Virus record (IMG/VR): IMGVR_UViG_3300021127_000004
Coordinates: 14,700 to 78,699 of that record
Reading direction: 5' to 3' (one strand)
DNA from: a virus
DNA: 64,000 nt
The notes below the pieces were generated by a model, which saw only the letters and a list, made by a program, of their open reading frames with translations, made no database searches and was not told the origin of the DNA. Position 1 is the stretch's first letter. Every line of letters begins with the position of its first letter. Shown here one piece after another: positions 8,683 to 18,592 of this stretch. Made by a program: the position numbers and the translations under genes.

Positions 8683-9480
8683 TTAACTAAACGTATTGTC
8701 AAATGTATTATCAAATGTATCTACCGAACTCCCCCCACTACTAACCGCATAATCTATTATTACTTTCATCCCATATTGTAATCCTAAGTTCTCTGTTGGG
8801 TTATCTATGGAATAGTTAAAGAATGTAATTGTGACAAAGGTAGGGGTATAAATTATATCTACGCTAAGTTGCCCTACAATATTTGGAAATATTCTTGTGC
8901 CGTCTATATATACCTTTACTGATTTAGTTGCTATATTAGCAGAATTTATAGTATATGTAGTGGCGTTTGCAGGAATTATAATGGGGGAATCCACTCCTAC
9001 TATTGCATCTATCTCATTGAATACGGTATTTCCGCTGCCGCTAGTTGATGTAAAGTTATTGGATTGATACCATAGTGAGTTTATCCCTTTGCTTATCCTT
9101 AAAGCCTGATTTGCAGGTATATAATTAAGTTGTTCACCAAAAGAAGTATAGTAGACTTTACCGCTTGCAAGGTTCACATCATCCCCTGTTAGGTTTATTA
9201 TAATCCATTCGTTATATACATTGTCCCCAAAAGTGATAGAAGTAGGGGTTATGCCACTTATTACCGTTACCCCGTTTGATAATGTTATATCCCCCCCTGT
9301 TGTTATAGTTTTAGCCCCGTTCCAATTAAGGGGGGATTGTTGGATAAATTTAGCCAACCCATTTATCTGTGCATTACCAAAAATACCCGTTATATCCCCA
9401 ACCCCATTTGGTATCCAAATAGTATTCGTGTCTTGTAATAGAGCCGCTAAGGTTTGATATGTAACATTTGGGTAAATCAT
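8683..9480 (-). CDS. virion hub/fibre adaptor protein
   Basis: N-terminal IPNGVGDITG segment and C-terminal DTFDNTFDNTFS repeat; lies in the structural module. Confidence 0.55.
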   Translation of the reverse strand: MIYPNVTYQTLAALLQDTNTIWIPNGVGDITGIFGNAQINGLAKFIQQSPLNWNGAKTITTGGDITLSNGVTVISGITPTSITFGDNVYNEWIIINLTGDDVNLASGKVYYTSFGEQLNYIPANQALRISKGINSLWYQSNNFTSTSGSGNTVFNEIDAIVGVDSPIIIPANATTYTINSANIATKSVKVYIDGTRIFPNIVGQLSVDIIYTPTFVTITFFNYSIDNPTENLGLQYGMKVIIDYAVSSGGSSVDTFDNTFDNTFS

Positions 9481-10278
9481 TTATCCTTTATTTCTATGCA
9501 ATGAGTATTGTTCTATAAATTGGTCTCTAGTAACTATTCCAAACTTCTCTAATAATCTTCCAACAAATTCGTTTTTAAGGTTTACCCCCCACTCTAATTG
9601 TTGGCTATTTTTTGAATCATAAACTATTTGCCCCCCTGCACCCGTATTCAAATTAGGGGTTGTTGTTGTGTATGCAAATGTAGCTTGTTTTGGCAATCTA
9701 AAATAATATAGGACAACAACGCTTACATCTCTAGGGGCTACGTTGAAAACCCCGTTTACCTGTACCATTTTAGGTTTACTCATTGAAGGTCTTTTATCTT
9801 CAAATTCGTGGTTTAAACAAGCATCCCAACGTTGTAAGTCTACCTCTGTAATATCTACTTCTCTTATGCTATTTAAGTAGTCATTAATGCTTTGTGCAGG
9901 CGGAGTTACTTCTTGATTATCTTCATCTTTGTAACACAATCCTTTGTTTACTTTATCGTTGGGGATTGTTATTACACTATCATCTGTCTTTACTGTTATC
10001 ATCCCTGCTTTGAATAACCTTCCGTAGTCTTTAGGTATATTGGCAGTAGTGTAGTATGATGTAGCGGGGTTTGTTATGATATTTTGAGAAACTAAAAACG
10101 GGCGCATATTATCCCTCCATTCTTGGCTTTTTTCTGATTCACGGCATCCCATTTCCCATAACTCATAGTTGATAAGATTAAGATGCCTTATGAATACCGT
10201 AGCAGGGGGGATAAACCCCCCTTGAAACGTATTTGCTTCCGAACATAAATCTTGATATAAGTCGTATGAATCTATCAT
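9481..10278 (-). CDS. tail ring / head-tail adaptor protein
   Basis: ANTFQGGFIPP..F N-terminus and YFRLPK...YD..SQQLEW C-terminus resemble ring proteins of crAss-related podoviruses. Confidence 0.65.
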   Translation of the reverse strand: MIDSYDLYQDLCSEANTFQGGFIPPATVFIRHLNLINYELWEMGCRESEKSQEWRDNMRPFLVSQNIITNPATSYYTTANIPKDYGRLFKAGMITVKTDDSVITIPNDKVNKGLCYKDEDNQEVTPPAQSINDYLNSIREVDITEVDLQRWDACLNHEFEDKRPSMSKPKMVQVNGVFNVAPRDVSVVVLYYFRLPKQATFAYTTTTPNLNTGAGGQIVYDSKNSQQLEWGVNLKNEFVGRLLEKFGIVTRDQFIEQYSLHRNKG

Positions 10279-10281
10279 CTA

Positions 10282-12876
10282 TTAAGGGCAATTTATTGAT
10301 TGTAATGCACCTACTACTGCATTTGTTACTGCCCATATAGTACCATCCCCTAATGCAACTGCTGTAATAGTGTTTGAAATAGGTATTGATGTGCCACTAT
10401 CTGTATATAGTGTAACCCCACTAGCAAAAGAAGAAGTCGTATAAATGGTGGTATAAGGTTGGCTACAAACCGCCGTTGTAAGTACTGTACCTAATTGTAC
10501 TACTGTCGCTATTGATGGTGGCGTAACTAATATTGTTTGTTCTACTCCGCTTGCAGGACTTGAACAATTTTGCAATACTTGAATGTCGTAAGTAACCCCC
10601 ACCGTAACAGGAATGCTTACAGGTGTAACCAAATACCCATTGCTACCTACTGTTATTGCGGTAGAATATGTTGTATAAGGATATGCAGGGGAATGTCCAC
10701 TAACACGATAAAGGACTGTTACTGTTTGTGCTGATGTAGGTATTGTGTCAAAAGCCAACTTGGTAATATTCAAATTTGTCCCCGAAATATTATATAAGAA
10801 AGAAAGTATAAGTGGGCAACTTGTTGTATTTGCACAAATAGTCGATGCTATGCAAAAATTATTCAAGAATTGTGTATCTGTGATACCTATTGCCATTATA
10901 GCCCTTGCTAATTGTATAGGGGTTGCAAACCCACAAGCATTGGCAAAAACCCCCAATATAATATCTGTTGAAGCAACGGAAGATGCAGGTGTACCAAAAA
11001 CCCCCTTGACTACATTACAATTTGTCCCTTTGTTCCCTAATGAATAAGCAACCAAAGACCCTAAAGCAGTATTTACCGCTTGTATGTAAATATCTAATTC
11101 ACCCCCTTGTGCTACTACTATATCTTGCTCTAATCCTGTTGAATTATTTAAAGCAGGAACGGTATAAGATTGGGATGTGAATACTTCGCTAGTGTCTAGT
11201 GTACAGATTTTATTGATTATATTCTGTATTACTGTTTGTGCAGGGATAGGAACATAACCCCCACTTGTCTTAGTAAATGTAGCCGCATAATTAGAACTAG
11301 CAACTGAATAGTTAAGCCCTATGATTACATTAGGATTAGTGTTAGATACTATATGAATAGTGCCATCTGCGGGGGAATCCCCACTTACTGAAAAAGTACC
11401 TATCCCTAAAGTGTTAAGATATGTTTGTAGTGCAGGTAAGTTATTAGTATTGAAAGTAAAGTTAGTAAGGATACTTTCGCTTTGTAGTTGGAAAGAAGTC
11501 AATATTGCATACACCCCTACCCCTGTTGGGATATTGGACAATGTGAAAGTATAGTTATTTGCTACACTACTATTGAATACGCATTTACCATCTACTATTA
11601 TATCGAAGTTGCTGCTTTGGTTTAATTGGTTTATCAAATTGGGGTTAGCCAAAATAGCATTAACCAAATCTTGTGCAAGTACTGCTTCGTTTACTTTTAG
11701 GGTGTATGTCTTTTGGTCTCCCGAAACAGAAGTACTCCAAGAATAAGCATCTTCATTTGAAGGGTCAACTGCCACTAAGTAAGTTATATCCCCTATTGTA
11801 AGGGTTACGTTATTACCTGTTGCAGAATAAGAGCCTGTTATATCCCCACTAGGATTAAGTATGTAGTTTATCCCGTTTGATATTGCATTTTTACCCGTAA
11901 CTATACCTGACCCAATACCATAACAATTACAAGAAAATTTACCAATACGTTTTATCTTTTCAATAGTTGCAGGGACATCCACGCCCGTAAGTGGCTGCCA
12001 TAAGCCAATTACTACTTGTATAAAAAGGCTATTAATTTGCATTAATTGGTCTCTTGCGGCAGATATATCCACACAAGTACCATATCTGATAGTATCCTCT
12101 AATTTAGTTATTTCACATACTAAAGGGGAAAGGTCAATATTACATAATGCAGCAAATGTCTTTCTTTGGAAGTAAAGTATGGTTACATAAGTATCATTAC
12201 CGTATGCGTAATTGTAAATAGAGTTTTGTACAAATTCATAAGCATCTGAACTTACTGTAAGTGGGGCAGAACATACGGCATAATTATTAGCCACAAAAGG
12301 GATTGGGCTTGTCCCTGTCCCATCCAAAGGATATTTAAGGCTTAGTGTAGATGATATTTGTGTGCCTATCAAACCATTGTAACCATAATTTGTTTGGTCT
12401 TGGAATAAAACGCTTTGTTGGCTACATTGTACCGTTGCTATTGTAGATGCCAAACCTGTCATATCCTGCGAAGCAGTAGTGTTCCCGTTTGGTCTTATTA
12501 TTGTAGCATTTTGTACTGGGGCGGTATATATATTCCCTACACTATCCTGACAAGTTACTTGGAATGTAAAAGGTACAGGAGAAAATTCTATATTACCTGC
12601 GGGCATAGGGAATCTATCGTTCAATACCGTATTAGACCAAACCCCCACAATATCAGGATTACTAATATCCCCGTTATGTATGATTGTTTGTGAAGGTGAT
12701 ATTACCAAAAATGCGTATGATACATTTTGTAGGTTTGTCCCCGTACTAAGATTTTGTAGTTTTACTTTAGGGGTTGGCTGTACGTTGCCATTTGAATCAA
12801 CATTTTGTGTCAAATCAAAAGTTACGGCTACCCTTAAAAGACCTATATCGGGAGAATTTGTTATTACTAATGACAT
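10282..12876 (-). CDS. large Cys-rich virion structural protein
   Basis: 864 aa, S/T/N/V-rich with many Cys; sits between capsid and tail genes. Confidence 0.6.
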   Translation of the reverse strand: MSLVITNSPDIGLLRVAVTFDLTQNVDSNGNVQPTPKVKLQNLSTGTNLQNVSYAFLVISPSQTIIHNGDISNPDIVGVWSNTVLNDRFPMPAGNIEFSPVPFTFQVTCQDSVGNIYTAPVQNATIIRPNGNTTASQDMTGLASTIATVQCSQQSVLFQDQTNYGYNGLIGTQISSTLSLKYPLDGTGTSPIPFVANNYAVCSAPLTVSSDAYEFVQNSIYNYAYGNDTYVTILYFQRKTFAALCNIDLSPLVCEITKLEDTIRYGTCVDISAARDQLMQINSLFIQVVIGLWQPLTGVDVPATIEKIKRIGKFSCNCYGIGSGIVTGKNAISNGINYILNPSGDITGSYSATGNNVTLTIGDITYLVAVDPSNEDAYSWSTSVSGDQKTYTLKVNEAVLAQDLVNAILANPNLINQLNQSSNFDIIVDGKCVFNSSVANNYTFTLSNIPTGVGVYAILTSFQLQSESILTNFTFNTNNLPALQTYLNTLGIGTFSVSGDSPADGTIHIVSNTNPNVIIGLNYSVASSNYAATFTKTSGGYVPIPAQTVIQNIINKICTLDTSEVFTSQSYTVPALNNSTGLEQDIVVAQGGELDIYIQAVNTALGSLVAYSLGNKGTNCNVVKGVFGTPASSVASTDIILGVFANACGFATPIQLARAIMAIGITDTQFLNNFCIASTICANTTSCPLILSFLYNISGTNLNITKLAFDTIPTSAQTVTVLYRVSGHSPAYPYTTYSTAITVGSNGYLVTPVSIPVTVGVTYDIQVLQNCSSPASGVEQTILVTPPSIATVVQLGTVLTTAVCSQPYTTIYTTSSFASGVTLYTDSGTSIPISNTITAVALGDGTIWAVTNAVVGALQSINCP

Positions 12877-12889
12877 ATTCTAAATTTTT

Positions 12890-12925
12890 AAAAACAAAAA
12901 GGGCGAACCGAAAATCAGCCGCCCT
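12890..12925 (-). terminator. rho-independent terminator after the capsid gene block
   Basis: minus strand AGGGCGGCTGA-TTT-TCGGTTCGCCCT followed by TTTTGTTTTT. Confidence 0.8.
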
Positions 12926-12959
12926 ATTACCCACCACCCACAGCGCAATGGGCAACTAT

Positions 12960-13739
12960 TTACACGGCTGTTATTACTGTACCAAAGTTATCTCCCAAAG
13001 TAAATCCTGTTGCGAATAATGTTGAGTTAGTCGAATCAAGATACCAAGTAATTTCACCCCCGTTTGTATAATTTGCGTTTAAGTATGTCAACAATGCTGC
13101 GGGTGTAGAATATGTAGTTGGTGCTGTTGGAAGAAACACGTTATTGATAATCCCTTGTGGGAAATATTTTAAAGAACCACTTAATGTTGGCAACGCTACG
13201 GTTGTGTAATTAACCCCTGCCGCAAAGTAAGTAATAGTCCCATCATTTGTTTGATTGATACTTACTTGTGGTATAATTACTTTAGGAAATAATGTAGGGT
13301 CAACTGCAAATATTTGTCTAGGTGAATTAAATGGGTCTGTTATTTGTACAATACCTTGCATCAATATAACCGTACCCCCACTTTGGACACTAGCTGCTGC
13401 CATCAAATCTGTCAATTCCCCAAATATGTACCAATACTTAGATGTTCTAGGTTCTTTAATCAAGAAACAAGGAAGGCTATCTACGGTAGGTGGGGTTAAG
13501 TAATATTGCCCCGTCCTTAATGTATTGTAATCAAACCCCGTAAAAACACCATTATCTGAAATAGGTACAGCCCATCTATCGTAGTTATCAAACTTTAAAT
13601 CAGATGCCTTTGTTGGAACATACAATGCCTTTGGAGAACAGGATAGACCGTTTACCATATCAAGGAAGTCTATCCCGTTTTCGTTTAAGACACACGCCGC
13701 AACGGTATTACCAAAAATATAAGGAGCAGGTGTTGACAT
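12960..13739 (-). CDS. auxiliary capsid/decoration protein (paralog 2)
   Basis: shares ALPTLSGSL..FP and Y.TPA.LLT..NA with 13759..14490; lies downstream of the MCP. Confidence 0.55.
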   Translation of the reverse strand: MSTPAPYIFGNTVAACVLNENGIDFLDMVNGLSCSPKALYVPTKASDLKFDNYDRWAVPISDNGVFTGFDYNTLRTGQYYLTPPTVDSLPCFLIKEPRTSKYWYIFGELTDLMAAASVQSGGTVILMQGIVQITDPFNSPRQIFAVDPTLFPKVIIPQVSINQTNDGTITYFAAGVNYTTVALPTLSGSLKYFPQGIINNVFLPTAPTTYSTPAALLTYLNANYTNGGEITWYLDSTNSTLFATGFTLGDNFGTVITAV

Positions 13740-13758
13740 TAATTACTTTTATTTACTA

Positions 13759-14490
13759 TTAAAGTGCAGGGTTCACCGCAATCACACCACCACCAAATAC
13801 TATTGGAGTGGTAGCACTAAAGTTTGTAATCGTACCAATCAAGGTAAGGTTATCAGAACTCAAAGCCCAAGTGAAAGTAGTAGAACCGATTGTAGTCCAA
13901 TGTGCATTTGCAAATGTCAATAGGTTTGCAGGGGTTGTATAAGTTGTACCTGCTATTGATGCAGTAGGATATGCTTCTGTACCATTCACGTTTGCAAAAG
14001 GGAATAGTTGCAAGCTACCTGACAAGGTAGGCAATGCTAGGTTTACAGTTGTGTTACCGTTTACATCTGCACCATATACTGTTTGTACCCCATAAAGCGT
14101 TGCAGCCCCGTGAATGTAATAAACAGAATTGTAAGGGTTGGCTGAACCATTCAAGTATGCAGTTGTAGTTGGCAATGCAGTACCACCATTGGAAGCAGTT
14201 ACATATTGTGCAGAAGTACCTACTACTATCCAACTGTCTGAACTATTAGTCATAGACAATTTGAATACAGGGATACCCCACAATGGCAATGGCTGATTAG
14301 GGCTGTCTGCAAGGTTATAAGGGATATAGTCGTAATCGGAAACAAACCCCTCATTAACAGGAACTGCATAATAATCGCCGTCTAAGTGACCGCCCTCTAA
14401 AGGGGTAGCAATTTCTTGTAAAGAACCTATTAGTTGGGATTTCACGAAATCAATCTGATTCCCCTTTCTTAATACTAACGCTTGTATCAT
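13759..14490 (-). CDS. auxiliary capsid/decoration protein (paralog 1)
   Basis: paralog of 12960..13739; co-transcribed with the MCP before the terminator. Confidence 0.55.
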   Translation of the reverse strand: MIQALVLRKGNQIDFVKSQLIGSLQEIATPLEGGHLDGDYYAVPVNEGFVSDYDYIPYNLADSPNQPLPLWGIPVFKLSMTNSSDSWIVVGTSAQYVTASNGGTALPTTTAYLNGSANPYNSVYYIHGAATLYGVQTVYGADVNGNTTVNLALPTLSGSLQLFPFANVNGTEAYPTASIAGTTYTTPANLLTFANAHWTTIGSTTFTWALSSDNLTLIGTITNFSATTPIVFGGGVIAVNPAL

Positions 14491-14502
14491 AATTTATATT
14501 GT

Positions 14503-15450
14503 TTAATTTTCTGAAACTTGTTTTTCTTTTAAGTCAACCTTTGCTATCAACTCTTGATATTTAGCTGCATATTCAGGGGTTTTAAGCAATTCTGCGATTT
14601 GTTTAATCTTAGTCTTTTCGCTTAAATTTTTACCTTCGTAATTAGCCAATACCTTATTGTCGTCAACAAATGAAGCTGTATTTGCCCCTATGTTTATAAC
14701 TTGCAACTCTTTTGCGTGGACAATCAATGTTGTTACATTATCATCCAAAGTGGTAATAGTATTAAGGAACGTTTCAGGGTCTGCGCTTGCCATACCTGCC
14801 AATACTGTTAATTTTTGGGAGTATGTATCGCCACCGTAAGCATTGAACAATGATAATAATGTATCAATCTTAGTTGTTTGGTAAACGTTTTTGCCCCCTT
14901 CTTTCTTGACTAAGTTAGCAACATACCCAATAGCCTTGTTACTTACTATCCACCTGTCGTTAAATTGTTCCTCGTCTTTCAAAGGCTCAATTACTTTAAA
15001 GAACTTCTTTGATGTATCCCCATCAGGTCTGTTTGTTGCATTCTCGTTAAAGGCGCAATCCCTCATAAAAGAAAACATCCCCCTGTCACCTTCGTCTTTA
15101 AGAACTAGGATACCGTTTGGTATCTTTATTTTCTCCCCACTAGGGATATACTCCCCGTTTTCATTGGTTCTAGTTTGGATGCCCTTGGCTTGTAATTTGG
15201 TAATCTCGTTTTCATAGATTCCTTTTACATACCTAATTGGGATTTGATTCCCTTCCTCATCCCACTTGTAACTAATTGTAGGTAGGTAAATCACGCTAGG
15301 AAAAGACTTTACATCTTCTGTCTTTTGTGACATTACATTCGGGGCGATTTCCCTTCTAAATCCGCTATCCCCCTTAATCGTACTTTCAAAGATTAATACC
15401 TGTACTTCTTTCTTTTTGCTAGAAGGTTTAGCTGTGGCTACTTCTGTCAT
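14503..15450 (-). CDS. capsid-module protein of unknown function
   Basis: 315 aa immediately downstream of the MCP. Confidence 0.6.
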   Translation of the reverse strand: MTEVATAKPSSKKKEVQVLIFESTIKGDSGFRREIAPNVMSQKTEDVKSFPSVIYLPTISYKWDEEGNQIPIRYVKGIYENEITKLQAKGIQTRTNENGEYIPSGEKIKIPNGILVLKDEGDRGMFSFMRDCAFNENATNRPDGDTSKKFFKVIEPLKDEEQFNDRWIVSNKAIGYVANLVKKEGGKNVYQTTKIDTLLSLFNAYGGDTYSQKLTVLAGMASADPETFLNTITTLDDNVTTLIVHAKELQVINIGANTASFVDDNKVLANYEGKNLSEKTKIKQIAELLKTPEYAAKYQELIAKVDLKEKQVSEN

Positions 15451-15471
15451 TTATCTACGTTTTATTGTTTA

Positions 15472-17037
15472 TTAGTTATTTTGATAACCTTGTGCAACTG
15501 CCCAGAACTCTGCGTTATGCAAAATCATACACATTGATTCTTCACAATCAATTTCGATTGCTTCACAACCACCTGCAAGGTTACGCAAGTCACGGTAGTG
15601 TTCTGTGTAAGCACCACCCCATTGATTGCTTTGGATTTGATAGAACTCCATAGCTTTCAATTCTTTACCGTTACCGTCTGTCAAACCGCCGTGAGGCATA
15701 AAGTAAGATATGTAACGGTTGTTATCAGAACCTATTGAACGTTCATCACTCAAAGCCCCAAGTTCTTTCAATGTCACTACACGACCCTTATAAGAGTATG
15801 CAGAAAGACCAATTTTGTTTACTGCTGTTTCGGCGTCTTTTTCACCTCTTTCGTTTGCGCTTCTTTTGAAAGCCTCAAACGCAAGTGTACCTACTACGTT
15901 ACGAGTAACCATCTTATTTGTACGGTCAACTGTTTTAAGGTTGAACCCTAAGCCTCCCAAAGCAGTAAATTCTTTTGTTCTCTTAAAGCCATCATTGTAA
16001 AGCAAGAATGGTTCGTAATCACTTTCCCAATCAAATCCAATAGATGCAGAGAAAGGAATCAATGAAGCACCACCGTAGAATAATGAAGGGTTCATACCGT
16101 AGAAACCAATAGTCCAACTATCAAGACCTTGATTTGTCAAACCGCCTGTATTTTGATATACAGAGTTGAAATCGGGGCTACCGCTAAAGCAGTGAATATT
16201 CAAGAAATATCTTAGTTTCTTTCTAAGTTGTTGCATTTCGTAAGTATCGAAAGCATCAAATTCTTTACCTTCTGCATCAATGAATACTGCATAACGTGCT
16301 TGGTCTAACAACCCACGCAAAGTATCAATTTGATAAGAAGCATCTTTTCTTGCTCTTAGGAAATAGTTTTCTCTAGCCCAACCTAAAGTTTCAAAACTTT
16401 CTTTAGGGATAGCACAAGAATAACCACCTACCGCAACCGCTTCCAATACTAAGTAAGGCTTGTTGGCATACAAAGTAATAGGGGTTGTGTTTGAAGCCAA
16501 AGAACGCACTTGGATTTTATGTGCATTAGGGATACTTGAATCCTTTGCAACTACTTCATACATTGTGTTCGTTTCCTTATCCAAAATACGATACCCTGCT
16601 GATGGCAAAGAGTAAACACCGTTTTGGCTGTGGTTTGAAGGTATGATAGTACCTGTTGCAATTTGGGTAGTAATACCGTTTACAGTTGTTGCAGTACTTG
16701 TTACAGTAGCACCAAAGTAAATATTAAAGTTTGGCTCACCTGCATACCTGTTGTAGAAACGCTTAGTGTTCACCATTGTTTCCCCTGTATTGAACAAGTC
16801 AAACATAAAGTTGTAATCTATGTTTTCCCCTTTTAGGTTAATCAATTCGTGAATGATGTTCTTTTGGAATGTAGTCCCTTGCAGGTCATTCTTATTCAAA
16901 CCTAACGCATTCTGCGCTGAACCTGTCCAAGTGATAGCCCCTATCGCTTGGTTTAAATTTGCCATTGTCAATAACCCATCAACCGTAAAAGGTTTTTGTT
17001 GGAATCTAGGCGAGTTGCTAAATGAAGGTATTGCCAT
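15472..17037 (-). CDS. major capsid protein
   Basis: 521 aa, downstream of an acidic scaffold and the portal; size and position match the MCP of crAss-related phages. Confidence 0.75.
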   Translation of the reverse strand: MAIPSFSNSPRFQQKPFTVDGLLTMANLNQAIGAITWTGSAQNALGLNKNDLQGTTFQKNIIHELINLKGENIDYNFMFDLFNTGETMVNTKRFYNRYAGEPNFNIYFGATVTSTATTVNGITTQIATGTIIPSNHSQNGVYSLPSAGYRILDKETNTMYEVVAKDSSIPNAHKIQVRSLASNTTPITLYANKPYLVLEAVAVGGYSCAIPKESFETLGWARENYFLRARKDASYQIDTLRGLLDQARYAVFIDAEGKEFDAFDTYEMQQLRKKLRYFLNIHCFSGSPDFNSVYQNTGGLTNQGLDSWTIGFYGMNPSLFYGGASLIPFSASIGFDWESDYEPFLLYNDGFKRTKEFTALGGLGFNLKTVDRTNKMVTRNVVGTLAFEAFKRSANERGEKDAETAVNKIGLSAYSYKGRVVTLKELGALSDERSIGSDNNRYISYFMPHGGLTDGNGKELKAMEFYQIQSNQWGGAYTEHYRDLRNLAGGCEAIEIDCEESMCMILHNAEFWAVAQGYQNN

Positions 17038-17064
17038 ATTGTTTTATTTTATTGTTTGTTTGTT

Positions 17065-18183
17065 TTAATTATTTTCCGCACTATAATAAGCGTTTCTTTT
17101 TTCTATCCCCGTCTTTACTTCTGTACCATTGCTCAAAGCAACCCTGTCTTTCAATATCCCTTTCAACCCCCCTTTGTGCCTGATAACCCCCTTATTTACC
17201 GCATCTGACAATATGCTTGGCAAGTTTTCTACTATGATGGCATTTTTTACTATCGTAGATATTTGCTCTTTTGTAGCACCGTTTAGTATTTGCTTTCTAG
17301 CTTCTGATTCAGATAAGAAGTGTTCAATATATCCTTCTATCGCTTCACTAGCATCTACTTTTAAAGTCCAATCAACGCCTGCTATTGGCAATTCCAAACT
17401 TTTCAATTCGGTCTTTACTTCTTCTATGATAGCCTTATATGTTGGGGCTTTTGAAAGAACTTCTTTGTTTACCTTTTCTTCTTCTGATTTTTGTTTTTCA
17501 AAAGAAGTGTATTTATCTTCTAGGCTTACTATTTCGGGGAATGTACTTTCGATAATGTTTTTTGCAAGTGCATTAAGAAGTTTTTGCCCTCTCTTATACT
17601 TTGCGCTTTCTTTATCTTCGTTCAATCCAAACTTTTCGTCATATTCCGCCTTGAAATCATCTTCGTCAAATCCTTCTTCTTGTCTTGCTTCTTCAAGTTG
17701 TTGTTCATAAACTGCTTGGTGTGGGTTTGCATTTACTTTTGTAAACAATTCAAAACTTTCTGCATCAATCAGCTTGTTTTGTAACCCCCAAGCAAGGGAT
17801 TCTGATTTACGTCTTGATTTTTCTGCCTTTTCATCAACTACGGGTTTAAATAAATCAGAAACATCATCACGACCCGTTTTCTTTTTAAGGTATTCTACGA
17901 CTGCTTCGTCTGTCAATTCGATTTTAGCAGGGGCATCGTCTTTTTTTTCTTCAACTATTGGGGTAACTTCTTCTTTTTGTTTTGCGCCAATCTTTAAAGG
18001 GGTTTCGTCAATAACTTCTTCTGACTTATCATCTACGTTATCAACTTTATTTGCAGGGGTTTCCAAAGAACTATAATATTCGTCTCTTTTCTTCCTAGCC
18101 TCTAGGACTGCGGCATCATCACCGCCTCCTCCTGTTATTTCTGTATCCGTGTTGAAAATGAATTTGCTGTGGGTGCGAATCAT
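17065..18183 (-). CDS. capsid scaffolding protein
   Basis: very E/D/K-rich and helical; directly upstream of the MCP. Confidence 0.65.
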   Translation of the reverse strand: MIRTHSKFIFNTDTEITGGGGDDAAVLEARKKRDEYYSSLETPANKVDNVDDKSEEVIDETPLKIGAKQKEEVTPIVEEKKDDAPAKIELTDEAVVEYLKKKTGRDDVSDLFKPVVDEKAEKSRRKSESLAWGLQNKLIDAESFELFTKVNANPHQAVYEQQLEEARQEEGFDEDDFKAEYDEKFGLNEDKESAKYKRGQKLLNALAKNIIESTFPEIVSLEDKYTSFEKQKSEEEKVNKEVLSKAPTYKAIIEEVKTELKSLELPIAGVDWTLKVDASEAIEGYIEHFLSESEARKQILNGATKEQISTIVKNAIIVENLPSILSDAVNKGVIRHKGGLKGILKDRVALSNGTEVKTGIEKRNAYYSAENN

Positions 18184-18217
18184 AAATAATTAATTACGAT
18201 GTAAAATTGCACCCGAT

Positions 18218-18248
18218 TTTGTTCTTAAATAACATTCCATTACCTTTG
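18218..18248 (+). promoter_or_regulatory. Bacteroidota housekeeping-sigma promoter
   Basis: TTTG (18218-21), N19, TACCTTTG (18241-48), upstream of the ORF at 18269. Confidence 0.8.
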
Positions 18249-18268
18249 TAATCTTTCAAAGTGATTAT

Positions 18269-18592
18269 ATGTCAAAAAGGAATGTTGTTCAATTAAAACC
18301 CACTAGGACTGAAAACGAGTGGAAAGCATTTGAAGAAAAAATTAAAAGGGATAACCCAAAGGTTACTATACGTTCCTATCTTAGAAAGAAAATAATAACT
18401 TTGATAAGGGATTTCAATGAATGTCCCGAATGTATAACTGAAATGGTTAGCCAAAAAAGGGTGTGGAGTAGTACTTATATATCTACTGACGAACACGAGG
18501 CATTAAAGATAATATCCCAAAAAACAAATACCCCCATCAACACTATTATTGATAGGGGTATTATTCAACCCGTTCTGATAGAAAAAATCTAA
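18269..18592 (+). CDS. ribbon-helix-helix-like DNA-binding protein
   Basis: STYISTDEHEALKIISQKTNTPINTIIDRGI fits the RHH pattern; has its own promoter. Confidence 0.55.
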   Translation: MSKRNVVQLKPTRTENEWKAFEEKIKRDNPKVTIRSYLRKKIITLIRDFNECPECITEMVSQKRVWSSTYISTDEHEALKIISQKTNTPINTIIDRGIIQPVLIEKI

